From positions 1 to 64,000 of the forward strand of contig KZ538246.1 in the NCBI GenBank assembly GCA_000934665.2: a stretch of DNA of 64,000 nucleotides, given 5' to 3'. The position numbers and the translations under genes are program-made. The notes below the pieces were generated by a model. That model saw only the letters and a list, made by a program, of their open reading frames with translations. It did no database searches and was not told where the DNA came from. The first letter of the stretch is position 1; each line of letters starts with the position of its first letter. Source of the DNA: Catajapyx aquilonaris (taxonomy: Eukaryota). Positions 59,804-64,000 of the stretch are shown here, one piece after another.

Positions 59804-62800
59804 GTAATTCTTCACAAGTCTTAGCCCTGGTTCGGCTGTGGAAAAAAACTAAACTAAAAAGGACAGGTGGGAATCCCCCCCCCCCCACCCCCCTCCGTAC
59901 CTCATACAAACTTTGATAATCAATTAATCTTCGTTTGTGTCAAGTTTGGCAAGCAGTAAGGAGGCAAAAAAAAGTGCCTCACCTGAAGACATGATCGATA
60001 AAACGAGCGCATAATATATTAATGTATTGATGTGCACGTGTTTTAAAAGCTGGCAAACTTGGCCTGAATTAAAGTCGCAGTTTGTGATTGTATTGATTGT
60101 GGTGAGCCAGTCAGCAGGGCACATAAACTTGGCACAAACAGGTCTGCATGCACGCAATGGAAGGAGAAATGAGGGCTATATAATGTCAATAAACAGGCAT
60201 CAAAAAATTATTTCCTAATTTATCGCTTTGTTCTTTTGGTATGAACATTATATCCAGAGCTATATAACTACAAACTGCTTTGTGCCGTCTGAATCCCCCC
60301 ACCTTTGCAAAGTAGAAAGGCTATGAGAAACACCTGCAGCTAGCGAAACCAGTTCTTGGAGACCATTCCACCTACGCATACTCTACAGTACAGTACATTT
60401 GGAACTCCCCCCCCCCCCCCACCCTTTCTCGACACTTATCTTGTATGGGCAAGGGCTAAGGCAAAAATAATGGGGGTAGAGGGCATTTTATTATTGGTTT
60501 ATAATCCTGGGGGTCTTGACGGCTCAAGTTATGGTGTCACGAACGTGAGGGTCAGCTTGTAAAAGAGCATTATTATGTTTGGTTTTAAGCGCAGTGGCAT
60601 TTTACTCACGAATCCATTTGGTAACTGATTGATTTGTTCATTAGCGAGCAGTGTTTTACGGCCCTGATTGATTGGCGAAAGTCAGCCATACAATACATAC
60701 CATTTAGCTTCTTGACTGCTTAAGAACTGCATTGATCAAGAATTGAATAATGGCCGGCGATTTTGCATTTCCCACCACCTCCCTAAGGTCACACTAGGAT
60801 CGATTTGTAAGGAGTTCCAATTATAAACCAAAGCATTTATACTGTGAGACCGGTACTCTTCTGAACGAGCTGTTAGCAATTTGGCGATTTCATCAAGTAA
60901 GTACTCCATATTCCCTGGCCAACCGAGCGTGGGAATATGGTGTGTAGAGGGGGACGGCCTTCACCCGTCTGACATGGATGATATGTATCATGTGGGCTTA
61001 TGAGGTGATCAGGAAGCGTGAAAAACACCAGAGGAGAAGGGCTACGCTCTCGAATTGCGTGCCTTATTTACACCTTTGTCCGTGATCCAGGGGCCATTGA
61101 GAAAATTACCTGAGTAGCTAAACTGAAATCTATATGGATAAGAAAATTCAATCAGAATATAGGCAGAGTGGGAAGGAATTACCATTCTCTCATTGTCGTA
61201 ATAAGCACCTCTGGAGCTTAACTAGCCTGTAGAATATGGAGATATCTAATAATGAGTATCAGGCGGGAGAATTCATTGTGATGACAAAACAGATATTTCT
61301 GACTGTGATTGGCATAACTTATAAAATTGATTATATATACGGCACTGCATTACAGTAATCCGTATTATTCTTATTACTCTTTAGAATGACTCATTGTAAT
61401 AATTGACATCAGTGACATAGGGTACGGTAATACTTTACCGAAGTGAGTATATATTTCCATGATTTCTTTCGTAGTTGCAGTAGAGTATTGCAAAAACTGC
61501 CCCTGACAACAAAAATCGTGTTGCCTCACATGTCAAGGTTATGTTTAAAACTGGAGTTGAAGATTATACTGTATTGTAATGACTATCCTAGTAAAACGCA
61601 GGGGATTGTTGTAGGCGTTGTGGGCGTAGCCAGAAAGGAAATGGGACAGCTACCCGCCAATTTGTTGCCTCTTTTATCTCGTCAATCAAAAGGGGCGTAT
61701 CCAGCCCTTTCTCCCAACTTATTAGTACAGGACTAGTAAGCTTACAATGTATATACTGAAAGAAGGAATTTTTTTATTTTTGAGGCGGGAGAGGGAGGGG
61801 GTGAAGGGAAGACAAGAGGTGTTCCGATATTTTGATGAAATCGAGAGTTAAAATAGGCTTATTGGTTGGGGAGTAGTGATTTGGGGGAGGTGCCCAAGTC
61901 AAAAGCTCCGTTCCACTACTTATTCCAGTTATGGTAATTGGAAGCAATTAAAACTCATAAGGAGAAGAAAAAAGTGTAGCAAAAACTGTCATACTGTTAG
62001 GGAAGGTCGGGCTTGTTGCATCTTTTTTAAACGTGACATTGCACAAATTAACATCATACATGTTAATCATGTACAGTACTTGAAATATTATTGACAACAA
62101 CAAGAATGAGCAACTTTTCCATTCACCACATGTGGGTGAATGTGTGGAGAAGGGTTGAGGTGAATAGGAACGAGGGATTTAAATAGGATATTAATACGGT
62201 ACATGCTCGCTCCTCTGGCTCGCTGTCAATTCTCATATGGCTATTGGCCCAGTCTGAGCAATACATGATACCTAATTTTCGTCACTATAATTTCACTGGA
62301 AGGTGAGAAACCTGTGAGAAACCCTGAAATGGGCTTTTGTATCGTTGAATGTAATATGAGGGCCATAAAACAGAAAATGGAAGTAGAAGAAACTCCATTT
62401 CCACCAAAAATAATTATAGTATAGCAAGTTTAAAAAATATAACGCGGTTCCATTCATGTGACCAGTGCTTTTAATTTTTAGTTCATTTGTAGTGAAAGTG
62501 CGTTTTTTCTTCCTCATCCATTTTGTTTAGAAACTTTACTTTGTATATGCCATGACAGACACATTTCAAAATACCGGTATTTGCCTCCCTTACAGTCACA
62601 CCAGTGCAGTGCAGTGCATAAAATTCGGAACAGTAATTATGATTGTACAAGGTGTGACTCTAAACTTCTAAAGTAATGTGAGCAACCATAATGGCACAGT
62701 GCAACTTTTTAGTATAGGTGGGGAGAGTAAAATTTGATTGGGGTACCACATCAAATTGAGCAAACTACGTGTTTGACAATTCATTATAACTTATACTGTT

Positions 62801-64000
62801 CAGAGCGGTTCAGAGGCTGCGGGGTTATCTTATACCGAAGATAATTGCAGCCGCGGAGTCGTAAATAAATTCATCGGAAGTGTAGACATTCCCTATAACT
62901 GTCACTTCCCGGTTGATACTGAGCTATTTAGGCACCGTCCCGTACAATTGTTAATATCCACACATTAATGAGTAGATCAGAATGCAATATAATAATTTGT
63001 AGCAGCTGCCCTTGGCGACGCGATTTTCATGTGAATAGGGAGGATAAAATAGGCCTGCTATTGGACGATTATGACGGCGGCAATCGTACTCCTCATTCAG
63101 GCGTCTTTTTCCGCCGACATAAAAACCGGATACAAAATATTTCTCAGAATAACCCACAAATGTCAGAAACTGTGGGGTGTATTGTGGACTCGAAGCAATC
63201 AGCAACCCTTTTTTTGTATTCTGCGCAATGTTATGTCAATTTTAAATGTTGACATTGAGGGCATCTATACTATACACGATATAGGCTCTTAAATATGAAA
63301 ACCACGGATTCATTATTGTTCTATTGTTTAGTCATAATTTATGAAGAAGATTTGTCGCAGTTGATTAACAGGTGCCCTGGCATCAGTGTTTTACGCTAAC
63401 GCAATTAGAAACAGCGATGGACTACTTTATCTAGCCTACGTACATCAAAAAGGCAGCTTGTCGTTTCTGCGATTCTAATGATTGTAGCGGTAAACGAGTA
63501 ACGATTGTCGATAAATTGTTAATATGGTATGCTTAATGCTTTTGAATTGTGTATCAGTACGAAAACATGACCGCATAGTCTGAAGGTTGTATTTTCTACC
63601 GTGTATATTATTATTATACGTTACAATACCTTATACGTTATTATACGTCTGAGGAGGAATTCGTTTGAATAATGGGATGGGCAAAGCAACCACCTTCTTT
63701 ATATATACAGATCTGTCTGCGGTTGTTGTCCCAATTTATGTAACTCCTCTGCATATCGGCAAGTGTATCTGATAACGGTAAGTCTTGATACGAGGCCGCT
63801 GTTCGATCTAATAGTTCTACACAGTGGGTTTCACTCCGATGTGATTGCTGACACTATAGAAAAAAAAAAACAGGCACAATTTTCATTGAACCTGTATTTT
63901 CACTGCCACAACCTGTACTCTTGTTGCAATATTGGCCTTATGCATTGCAAATAATGTTGGTTAATAAAGACGCACATGTCGGACTTCAGACATTCGAGTT

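Overview
This is eukaryotic, intron-rich DNA, most likely from an arthropod (Bsg25D/Msp300-type proteins, TTAGG-type repeats). Four protein-coding genes can be supported. (1) A 21-exon ninein/Bsg25D-like centrosomal EF-hand coiled-coil gene on + (3540-35972). (2) A 4-exon XK-related (XKR scramblase family) gene nested antisense inside its 12.4-kb intron (19069-13477). (3) A 3-exon CCDC167-like gene on - (38331-37473), absent from the ORF track and tail-to-tail with ninein. (4) The 5' end of a Msp300/nesprin-1-like gene on +, seen only as two alternative N-terminal exon sets (51606-52429 and 59473-59803). The introns are dense with non-autonomous DNA transposons (hAT-, piggyBac-, Tc1/mariner- and PIF/Harbinger-type, identified by TIRs and TSDs), tRNA-derived SINEs and many fold-back palindromes. 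The most unusual structure is a 1.57-kb Tc1 element built from two inverted 3' halves, lying in DNA transcribed on both strands. I found no firm evidence of a wholly new biological system; the findings are testable candidates. All family calls come from motif recognition by eye, not database searches.
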